A stretch of 64,000 nucleotides of DNA from assembly GCA_963820435.1 (NCBI GenBank), contig CAWGAC010000009.1:68991-132990 (forward strand), given 5' to 3'. The stretch comes from an uncultured Spirochaetota bacterium. Lineage in GTDB: Bacteria; Spirochaetota; Spirochaetia; SZUA-6; Fen-1364. The notes under the pieces were generated by a model. The model saw only the letters and a program-made list of their open reading frames with translations. It had not been told where the DNA came from and did not search any database. A program made the position numbers and the translations under genes. Of this stretch, positions 57,660-64,000 are shown piece after piece (the stretch's first letter is position 1; each line of letters starts with the position of its first letter).

Positions 57660-57679
57660 TGTCAACGATTTTCTTGACA
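57660..57679. promoter_or_regulatory. candidate enhancer (UAS) for the NtrC-type regulator
   Basis: Perfect inverted repeat TGTCAA-N8-TTGACA centred about 80 bp upstream of the -24 element. Confidence 0.45.
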
Positions 57680-57703
57680 TCAGCATAATTCCTTACAAGA
57701 ATG

Positions 57704-57717
57704 CTATTTAAAAATAG
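57704..57717. promoter_or_regulatory. AT-rich palindrome between UAS and sigma-54 promoter (possible bending/IHF-type site)
   Basis: CTATTT-AA-AAATAG, the only A/T-only stretch in this intergenic region. Confidence 0.3.
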
Positions 57718-57746
57718 AGTGCTTCCCAGCCCTGGGTCGAGACGAT

Positions 57747-57762
57747 TGGCATGAGAAATGCT
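57747..57762 (+). promoter_or_regulatory. sigma-54 (-24/-12) promoter
   Basis: TGGCATGAGAAATGCT. The GG and GC are 12 nt apart, exactly as in TGGCAC-N5-TTGC. It lies 61 nt upstream of the SBP ATG, next to the NtrC-type regulator gene. Confidence 0.7.
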
Positions 57763-57822
57763 TGGGAGGATAGCAAATCTGGAAGTTTTCCAGGGTTCCC
57801 ATCCGAAGAAGGAGGAGAGAGC

Positions 57823-58767
57823 ATGAAGAAATTGCTGTTCATTCTCGTTGCGGTGTCGCTCGTATTTGCCGCAACATCCGCGACAGCCCAGGCAAAGGGA
57901 CAGATCAAGCTCGCCATGGTGAACCTGGCGCTCACGAGTCCCTATTTCATCGGCATGTCCCAGGCGGTCAAGCAGGAGTGCGATCGCTTCACGAACATCA
58001 AGCTCGTCACCACCGATGCAAAGGGCGACGCGCAGAAGCTGACCTCTGACGTGGAGGACGTCCTGGCCCAGAACGTGAACGGGCTCATCATCAGCGCTGC
58101 ATGGCTGGAGGCGGCCCCTGAAGCACTGGACGCCATCCAGAAGGCAGGAGTACCCGTGGTGCTCGTGGACAGGAAGCTGAAAGGCGGAGACTATACGAGC
58201 TGGGTCGGCCCCGACAACACGCGCATCGGCGTCCAGGACGGCGAGTACATCGTGAAGCGGCTGAACGGCAAAGGCCGGGTCGTGGTCCTGCGGGGCGGGC
58301 CCGCGGACAACTCCATTGGCCTGGATCGGACCAACGGGATGCTTTCCGCGGTAAAGAAGGCGGGCATGGAAGTCGTCATGGCCCCGAACTTCGGCGGCTG
58401 GAGCTCCGACGGCGGGTTCAAGCTCATGGAAGACATGCTTGCCAAGTACAAGAAGATCGACGCGGTCTTCGCGGAGAACGACTCCATGGCACTGGGCGCG
58501 CAGAAAGCCATCGCCGATGCGGGACGCTCCAAAGAGATGTTCCTTTGCGGCGCTGACGGCGAGAAAGCCGCCCTCGTTGAAATCAGCAAGAAAGCGAACT
58601 TTGCCGCCACAGGGCTTAACAGCTCGGACCAGATCGGCCGCGCGGGGTTCACCCGACTCATGTCGCTCCTGGCAGGCGCGCAGTCTGAAAAGGACACGAT
58701 ACTGCCCTCACCCCTCATCACCATCGACAACGTCGCTCGGTTCCTCATTCCCGAGAGCGTATTCTAA
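57823..58767 (+). CDS. periplasmic sugar-binding protein (RbsB-like, CUT2)
   Basis: ORF 57751..58767. Start moved to ATG 57823 (RBS GAAGGAGGAG; signal MKKLLFILVAVSLVFAATSATAQA). Confidence 0.9.
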   Translation: MKKLLFILVAVSLVFAATSATAQAKGQIKLAMVNLALTSPYFIGMSQAVKQECDRFTNIKLVTTDAKGDAQKLTSDVEDVLAQNVNGLIISAAWLEAAPEALDAIQKAGVPVVLVDRKLKGGDYTSWVGPDNTRIGVQDGEYIVKRLNGKGRVVVLRGGPADNSIGLDRTNGMLSAVKKAGMEVVMAPNFGGWSSDGGFKLMEDMLAKYKKIDAVFAENDSMALGAQKAIADAGRSKEMFLCGADGEKAALVEISKKANFAATGLNSSDQIGRAGFTRLMSLLAGAQSEKDTILPSPLITIDNVARFLIPESVF

Positions 58768-58774
58768 GCCATTG

Positions 58775-58802
58775 CCATGACCTCCCTTCGGGGAGGTCAT
58801 GG
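58775..58802 (+). other. intercistronic stem-loop after SBP gene
   Basis: CCATGACCTCCC-ttcg-GGGAGGTCATGG. Perfect 12-bp stem with a UUCG loop, 8 nt after the SBP stop. Confidence 0.75.
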
Positions 58803-58823
58803 CCTGTTTCAGGGAGAACGTCA

Positions 58824-60287
58824 ATGCAAATGCTCATCGACGGCAGGTGGGTCGACGCCCGCGACGGAAAGACCCGCTCCATTCGAAATCCGGGAAACGG
58901 CGAGGCGATCGATACCGTCCCTATGGCCACGCTCCGGGACGTGGACGCTGCACTGGAGGCGGCCGTTGCGGGAAGCGCGCGCATGCGCGCCACCCCCGCC
59001 CATGCGCGATCGGCAATCCTCGCCCGCGCGGCCGACATCATAGGCTCGAGGAAAGAGGAGCTCGCGACGCTTCTGGCCCGGGAGAACGGGAAGCCGATCC
59101 GCCAGACGAGGGACGAGATCGAGGTCGCCTCCCGGATTTTTCGCGGGTTCGCCGAGGAGGCCAGGCGGCTCTTCGGCCGCACCGTCCCCATGGACGCGAT
59201 ACCCGGGCAGGAGCGGCATTTCGCCATGACCATCAGGCAGCCGCTGGGAGTCGTGGCCGCGATTGTTCCCTTCAACTACCCGGCGGAGCTCTACGCGCAC
59301 AAGGCCGCCCCCGCGCTCGCGGCAGGCAACGCGGTGATTGCCAAGCCGCCCAGCGACTGCCCTCTCACGATGCTCCGGATTGCCGCGATACTGGAGGAGG
59401 CGGGCCTCCCCCGCGCGGCCCATCAGATGATCACAGGGCCGGGTCAGCTTGTCGGCGAGCGCCTGGCCATGAGTCCCATCGTGCGACTCGTCTCGGTGAC
59501 GGGAAGCACGGCAGTGGGAAAGCGGCTCGCGCAGCTCGGCGCGGAGACACTGAAAAAGATCCACCTGGAGCTCGGCGGCAACGATCCGGTCATCATCTGC
59601 GCGGACGCGGATCTGGAGAAGGCGGCCGAGGCCGTGGTCCTGGGCCGGCTGGCGCGCGGGAACGGGCAGATCTGCTGCGCGGTCAAGCGCGTGTTTGTCG
59701 ACGCGCGCGTCATGGACAAGTTTGCGAAGCGTCTCGTGGAAAAGGCCGCGGCCCTCAAGGTGGGGGATCAGCTTGACGAGGACACCGACGTGGGACCGCT
59801 CATCACGGAGGAGGCCGCCCGGAAGGTGGAGGACGCGATTGGAGACGCGGTGAAGGCGGGCGCAAAAATCCTGTTCGGCGGCGGGCGTCGTGGTTCGTTC
59901 ATGATGCCGACCGTCCTGACCAACGTGCCCGTGGGGACGCATCTGTTCAAGGACGAGACCTTCGGCCCCGTGGCGCCTCTGGTCGCCTTTTCCACCGAAG
60001 ATGACGCGGTGCGCATGGCCAACGACAGCCCCTTCGGGCTGCAGGCAGCCGTATTCACCGCCGATATCACGCGGGCAATGAACATGGCCTGGCGCCTGGA
60101 GGTGGGGGGCGTGATCGTGAACTGGTCCTCGGCCCTCCGTGCGGAGAATCTCCCCTTCGGGGGAACCAAGGCGAGCGGGTACGGCCGCGAGGGTCTGCAC
60201 GACACGCTCCTCGAAATGACGGAACAGAAGGTGATCCTGTTCCACAACGCGCTCTCGGTGTACGATGCCGGGCAGGCCGGTGCATGA
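58824..60287 (+). CDS. NAD(P)-dependent aldehyde dehydrogenase
   Basis: 487 aa. …FNYPAEL…, ELGGNDP, …GQICCAVKR… (catalytic Cys), …PFGGTKASGYGREG. Confidence 0.9.
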   Translation: MQMLIDGRWVDARDGKTRSIRNPGNGEAIDTVPMATLRDVDAALEAAVAGSARMRATPAHARSAILARAADIIGSRKEELATLLARENGKPIRQTRDEIEVASRIFRGFAEEARRLFGRTVPMDAIPGQERHFAMTIRQPLGVVAAIVPFNYPAELYAHKAAPALAAGNAVIAKPPSDCPLTMLRIAAILEEAGLPRAAHQMITGPGQLVGERLAMSPIVRLVSVTGSTAVGKRLAQLGAETLKKIHLELGGNDPVIICADADLEKAAEAVVLGRLARGNGQICCAVKRVFVDARVMDKFAKRLVEKAAALKVGDQLDEDTDVGPLITEEAARKVEDAIGDAVKAGAKILFGGGRRGSFMMPTVLTNVPVGTHLFKDETFGPVAPLVAFSTEDDAVRMANDSPFGLQAAVFTADITRAMNMAWRLEVGGVIVNWSSALRAENLPFGGTKASGYGREGLHDTLLEMTEQKVILFHNALSVYDAGQAGA

Positions 60288-61819
60288 GCAATGAGAGCTT
60301 CCTCCGCATGGAGGCCATACACAAAAGGTTCGGCGGCACGGTGGCCTTGCGGAACGTCTCCATGTCCGCCGCCCTCGGCGAGGTCCACGCCGTCGTGGGG
60401 GAAAACGGAGCCGGCAAGTCCACGCTCATGAACATACTCTCCGGAGCCGTCACTCCGGACTCGGGAACAATTGCAATAGGCGGCAGGACGGTCGTTCTGG
60501 ACACGCCGCACGAGGCAAACCGGTTGGGGATCCGCGCGGTGCACCAGGAGTTCAGCCTTGTGCGTCACCTGACCATTGCGGAGAACATCCTCATGGGCAA
60601 GATGCCTACGCGCGGCTCAGGACGCGTGTGGGTGGACTGGGCCGGCACCAACCGACGCGCCCGCTCGATCCTGGACGACCTCGGGTTTCCGCACCTGGAC
60701 GTGCGCACGCGCGTCTCACACCTGAGCGTATCCCACCAGCAGATCGTGGAGATTGCCAAGGCCCTCGCCGAGAAACCCCGCATCCTCATCCTGGACGAAC
60801 CCTCGGCCGTTCTCTCCAAGGATGAGCTGACGCTGTTGTTTTCCCTCATCCGGAGGCTTGCGGCGGAGAATACCCTCGTCATCTACATCTCCCACAGGCT
60901 GGAGGAGGTCTTCGAGATAGCCGATCGTATCACCGTTCTCAGGGACGGTGAGGTCGTGGGCACCGTTCGCCGGGACGAGGTGGACCAGAACGCCCTGATC
61001 CGCATGATGGTGGGCCGTTCCGTTGAAGAGATCTATCCCGCGCGCGCCGCGCGGTCCGCGGAGGAGATCCTGTCCGTGCAGGGGCTTGGCCGCGCGGGGG
61101 AGTTCCACGACGTTTCCTTTTCTCTCCACGGGGGAGAGGTCGTCGGAGTGTTCGGCCTTGTGGGGAGCGGAAGAACCGCCGTGGCCCGCAGCATCTTCGG
61201 GGCTGAGCCGCCGACATCCGGCAGCGTCTTTCTGGACGGCAGGAAGGTACACGTGAAATCCCCCCAGGACGCGGTGAACGCGGGGATCTCCTTTGTGACG
61301 GAGGACAGGAAGCGGGACGGGCTGGTGATGAGCTGCACGCTGCGTGACAACATCAGCCTGGCCACTCTGCGTCACATGAGCCATGGATTGATCCTGGATC
61401 GACGGCTGCAGGACAGGATGGTGCAAAGCAAGGTGGATGAGCTGGCCATCCGTCCGTCGGACATCGGGCAGAAGGCCTGGACGCTGAGCGGGGGCAACCA
61501 GCAGAAGGTAGTCATTGCGAAATGGCTGCTCTCCCGCACCAGGGTCCTGCTGCTGGACGAGCCTACCCGGGGCGTGGACATCGGCGCGAAGGTCGAGATC
61601 TATCACATCATCAATGGTCTCGTGGAGGCGGGGATCGGGGTCCTGCTCATCTCGTCGGAAATGTCCGAGGTACTGGGCATGAGCGATCGAATCATCGTCA
61701 TGAGGGAGGGACGGCTCGTGGGAAATCTCACCAGGGCGGAGGCCGACGAAGAGAAGCTGCTCCAGTACGCCGCCGGCGTGGACGGGGCGGCCACCATACA
61801 GGCGAGGGGAACAACATGA
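60284..61819 (+). CDS. CUT2 sugar ABC transporter ATP-binding protein (tandem NBDs)
   Basis: 511 aa. GENGAGKST, LSVSHQQIVEIAKAL, LSGGNQQKVVIAKWL. ATGA overlaps on both sides. Confidence 0.95.
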   Translation: MSNESFLRMEAIHKRFGGTVALRNVSMSAALGEVHAVVGENGAGKSTLMNILSGAVTPDSGTIAIGGRTVVLDTPHEANRLGIRAVHQEFSLVRHLTIAENILMGKMPTRGSGRVWVDWAGTNRRARSILDDLGFPHLDVRTRVSHLSVSHQQIVEIAKALAEKPRILILDEPSAVLSKDELTLLFSLIRRLAAENTLVIYISHRLEEVFEIADRITVLRDGEVVGTVRRDEVDQNALIRMMVGRSVEEIYPARAARSAEEILSVQGLGRAGEFHDVSFSLHGGEVVGVFGLVGSGRTAVARSIFGAEPPTSGSVFLDGRKVHVKSPQDAVNAGISFVTEDRKRDGLVMSCTLRDNISLATLRHMSHGLILDRRLQDRMVQSKVDELAIRPSDIGQKAWTLSGGNQQKVVIAKWLLSRTRVLLLDEPTRGVDIGAKVEIYHIINGLVEAGIGVLLISSEMSEVLGMSDRIIVMREGRLVGNLTRAEADEEKLLQYAAGVDGAATIQARGTT

Positions 61820-62769
61820 AAGCGACACTCCCGCTCATGGAGAGGGCACGACAGATGGTGAGGCTGCGGTGGTCCGACTTCATCTTCATGGGGATTTTCG
61901 TCGTGTTGATACTGATCAGCTCCCTCATTTCCGAGACCTTTTTCACTACAAGGAACCTGATCAACATCTCCCGCCAGATCGTCACCAACGGTCTCATCAG
62001 CCTCGGCATGCTGATCGTGATGCTCACCGGCGGCGTGGACCTTTCCGTAGGATCCATCGTGGCAATCTGCGGCATCATGGCCACCGGATTGCAGAAACAG
62101 ATGCCCACCCCGGTGGCAATCCTCGTCGCGCTCATGGTCGGGACTACCGTCGGGATGGCCAACGGCTTTTTCATCGCACGTTTCAAGCTGCAGCCCTTCA
62201 TCGTGACCCTGGCCACCATGGGCATCATTCGCGGCGCGACCTACGTTTACTCGGAAACGCCGCAATCACCCGTGGATCCGCTGTTTCGTTCGCTCCTGGG
62301 CGGTGGTTTCGTCGGACCTATTCCGAGGTCGGCAATCATCATGCTCGCCTTCTTCATAGTCGTGTGGTTCTTTCTCAACAGGACAATCCCGGGTCGCGCC
62401 GTTGTGGCCATTGGGGGGAACGAGGAAGCGGTGCGGCTTGCCGGCATAAACGTCAAGGGTCACCTCCTCATGGCCTACATGGTCTGTGGTCTTTTTGCGG
62501 GCTTCGCGGGTGTCCTCCTGGCCTCCCGGCTTGGCATCGCGCAACCGAGCTTCGGGCTCGGCTTCGAGATGGATGCGCTTGCCGCCGTGGTCATCGGGGG
62601 GGGAATCATGGGCGGGGGTGGCGGCGGAGCCATCGGGACGTTGTGGGGGGTGCTCATCCTGGGGGTCATCGACAACCTGTTGAACCAGTACAACGTCCAG
62701 TCGTATTATCAGCAGATCATCAAGGGTCTCATCATTCTTGCCGCGGTGCTCTCGCGGAGGAAAAAATGA
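61816..62769 (+). CDS. CUT2 (RbsC-type) ABC transporter permease
   Basis: Start at ATG 61816 (MKATLPLMERARQ…) inside ORF 61522..62769. GGVDLSVGS motif, multi-TM. Confidence 0.9.
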   Translation: MKATLPLMERARQMVRLRWSDFIFMGIFVVLILISSLISETFFTTRNLINISRQIVTNGLISLGMLIVMLTGGVDLSVGSIVAICGIMATGLQKQMPTPVAILVALMVGTTVGMANGFFIARFKLQPFIVTLATMGIIRGATYVYSETPQSPVDPLFRSLLGGGFVGPIPRSAIIMLAFFIVVWFFLNRTIPGRAVVAIGGNEEAVRLAGINVKGHLLMAYMVCGLFAGFAGVLLASRLGIAQPSFGLGFEMDALAAVVIGGGIMGGGGGGAIGTLWGVLILGVIDNLLNQYNVQSYYQQIIKGLIILAAVLSRRKK

Positions 62770-62803
62770 GATCAGAGTATCCGCGCAGGGGGAGGATTGG
62801 GCA

Positions 62804-63445
62804 GTGAGCGATATCAACAGGCCGGACTACGAGAAGCGCGTGCGTGACCTGGGCTTCGCCATCCCCCAGGTGCCCGCGGCCATGGGTCTCTATGTTCACG
62901 CGGTGAGGACCGGTTCCCTTGTGTTCTGTTCGGGGCAGGGACCCTCCGTAGAAGGAGTGTTGAAGTACATCGGCAAGGTCGGGGACACCCTGACGCAGGA
63001 GGACGGATACCAGGCCGCGCGCATTTGCGCGCTCAACTGCCTGGCAGAGGTCCGCTCTGTGATCGGCTCCCTGAACAAGATACGCCGGATCGTGAGCCTT
63101 CGGGGATTCGTGAACAGCGCACCTGATTTCTTCGACCAGCCCAAGGTCGTGAACGGGGCTTCCCAGCTCATGCTGGACGTGTTCGGAGAGGCGGGCAGGC
63201 ACGCGCGCGCCGCGCTGGGCACATCCAATCTCCCCTTCAACATCGCCGTCGAGCTGGAGATGGTCGTCGAGGTGGCCGAGGATGACCGGGAGAGCGGCGA
63301 AGTCAGTCGGGCCGTCGCCGCCTTCAGCCCAGCTTTCCCTCTCCGCGAGACAGCGCGTATCTGCCAGGACCGAGAAAAAAAATCACCACCGCGGTCAGCA
63401 GGTAGAAAGCCTCCAGCTCGATGCCCCATCCGCCGCCGCGGCTGA
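62804..63445 (+). CDS. RidA/YjgF-family protein; 3' end uncertain
   Basis: GTG 62804 after GGGGGAGGA. …LVFCSGQGP…RARAALGTSNLPFNIAVELEMVVEV covers a complete RidA domain by about 63285. The ORF then runs 160 nt further and overlaps the convergent DoxX gene by 122 nt. Confidence 0.75.
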   Translation: MSDINRPDYEKRVRDLGFAIPQVPAAMGLYVHAVRTGSLVFCSGQGPSVEGVLKYIGKVGDTLTQEDGYQAARICALNCLAEVRSVIGSLNKIRRIVSLRGFVNSAPDFFDQPKVVNGASQLMLDVFGEAGRHARAALGTSNLPFNIAVELEMVVEVAEDDRESGEVSRAVAAFSPAFPLRETARICQDREKKSPPRSAGRKPPARCPIRRRG

Positions 63446-63728
63446 TGGTGGGGGCGAGCCTCCATGCCTCCAGGGAGATCGCCATGACCATGTTGAAAGC
63501 GACCACGAGCGCCGCAACACGCGTCCAGAGACCAATGATGATGAAGATCGGCGCCACGACCTCTCCGACGTACACCCCGTAGGCGATGAACGCGGGCAGG
63601 TGCATGGCGGCGAGGGGTCCGCTCGGGCCTGTCATGAACGCGATACCGTAGATGAGCTTGTGGATGCCGTGAAACAGGATGAGGCCCGCCAGCGTGAGGC
63701 GCAGGATCAGTTTTCCGGTGTCTTGCAT
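63324..63728 (-). CDS. DoxX-family membrane protein
   Basis: ORF 63324..63848. Start preferred at MQDTGKLILRLTLAGLILFHGIHKL (63728). 4 TM. Confidence 0.8.
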   Translation of the reverse strand: MQDTGKLILRLTLAGLILFHGIHKLIYGIAFMTGPSGPLAAMHLPAFIAYGVYVGEVVAPIFIIIGLWTRVAALVVAFNMVMAISLEAWRLAPTISRGGGWGIELEAFYLLTAVVIFFLGPGRYALSRGEGKLG

Positions 63729-63892
63729 ATTGAAAAAGCTATGGTCCCGGGCCGCCCGGGTCAAGCGGCGGAAGCCATTTACTGCGGCGGCGCGAGCGCT
63801 GCCGGCTCGAATCGCAGCCCTGCGGCCCGGGTATCTTGTGATCCTCAACTGATGCTTATAAAATGCGCAGAAGGCGGGGCGAGGGTACGCGC

Positions 63893-64000
63893 ATGGAGAA
63901 CCTGATCTACCAGGAGATGACCGAGGAAGAAAAGAGCCTTGACTGGTTCATCGCGACGACCGTGCTGTCCGACGCACTCCTCCTGAAGTCGTTGGAGGAA
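63893..64000 (+). CDS. hypothetical protein, 5' fragment (runs off window)
   Basis: Own translation from ATG 63893: MENLIYQEMTEEEKSLDWFIATTVLSDALLLKSLEE… No family recognised. Confidence 0.3.
   Translation, partial: MENLIYQEMTEEEKSLDWFIATTVLSDALLLKSLEE

Noticed and set aside
57751-57822. Upstream ATG (57751) as the SBP start
   Set aside because: It lies inside the sigma-54 -24/-12 element and adds 24 non-signal residues. ATG 57823 has a strong RBS and begins a canonical signal peptide.
58821-61828. 474-aa and 370-aa minus-strand ORFs (58821..60245 and 60716..61828)
   Set aside because: They are antisense to the aldehyde dehydrogenase and ABC ATPase genes. They are Arg/Gly/His/Pro-rich and have no motifs or RBS context.
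1-64000. Mobile element, prophage or defence island
   Set aside because: I saw no integrase, transposase, phage, toxin-antitoxin, restriction or cas-like ORFs, and no flanking tRNA or long direct repeats. By eye the composition is uniform apart from short AT-rich promoter regions.

Overview
GC-rich bacterial chromosomal segment, apparently from a diderm: it encodes a LolA-like protein, a beta-barrel ending in Phe, and a sigma-54-dependent regulator. Carbohydrate uptake and catabolism dominate. I resolve about 62 protein-coding loci and see no rRNA, tRNA, CRISPR array, transposase or integrase.

Layout:
(i) 1-19370 is an uninterrupted minus-strand array of 18 genes. It holds a CUT2 ABC importer with Gfo/Idh/MocA, URO-D-like and TIM-barrel enzymes. 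Next comes an indel-riddled module (SAF-dehydrogenase, split transketolase, class II aldolase, FucI-like isomerase). Then a CUT1 importer with a GntR regulator, and finally an aldo-keto reductase, a TIM barrel and a cytoplasmic FG-GAP beta-propeller.
(ii) 19612-25550: CUT1 importer, SDR, Zn-ADH and PfkB kinase.
(iii) 25661-31528: metal/redox module with a P1B ATPase, an ArsR regulator with a TGAACA-N2-TGTTCA operator, an MFS pump, SigZ, a small Cys-rich ORF and a COG0701-type permease.
(iv) 31565-39164: sialidase-like propeller, ThuA remnant, aldo-keto reductase, two VOC paralogues, a CUT1 importer and LacI.
(v) 39252-43428: reductive pyrimidine operon preT-preA-dihydropyrimidinase.
(vi) 44501-50698: membrane protein, winged-helix regulator, MacB/LolCDE-like ABC exporter, LolA-like protein and an outer-membrane barrel.
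(vii) 50818-54387: alpha/beta hydrolase, LacD-like aldolase and quinone reductase.
(viii) 54384-63445 is the most unusual locus. A soluble histidine kinase carries a CUT2-type ABC ATPase domain as its N-terminal input module. It is co-transcribed with an NtrC-type regulator and faces a sigma-54 promoter that drives a CUT2 importer/ALDH/RidA operon.

Roughly two dozen single-base indels, mostly in short G/C runs, interrupt 12-13 otherwise well-conserved genes. They cluster at 6.9-12.4 kb and 39.2-41.3 kb. Without reads I cannot tell consensus error from real gene decay. All family assignments are by eye from the translations; no searches were run.
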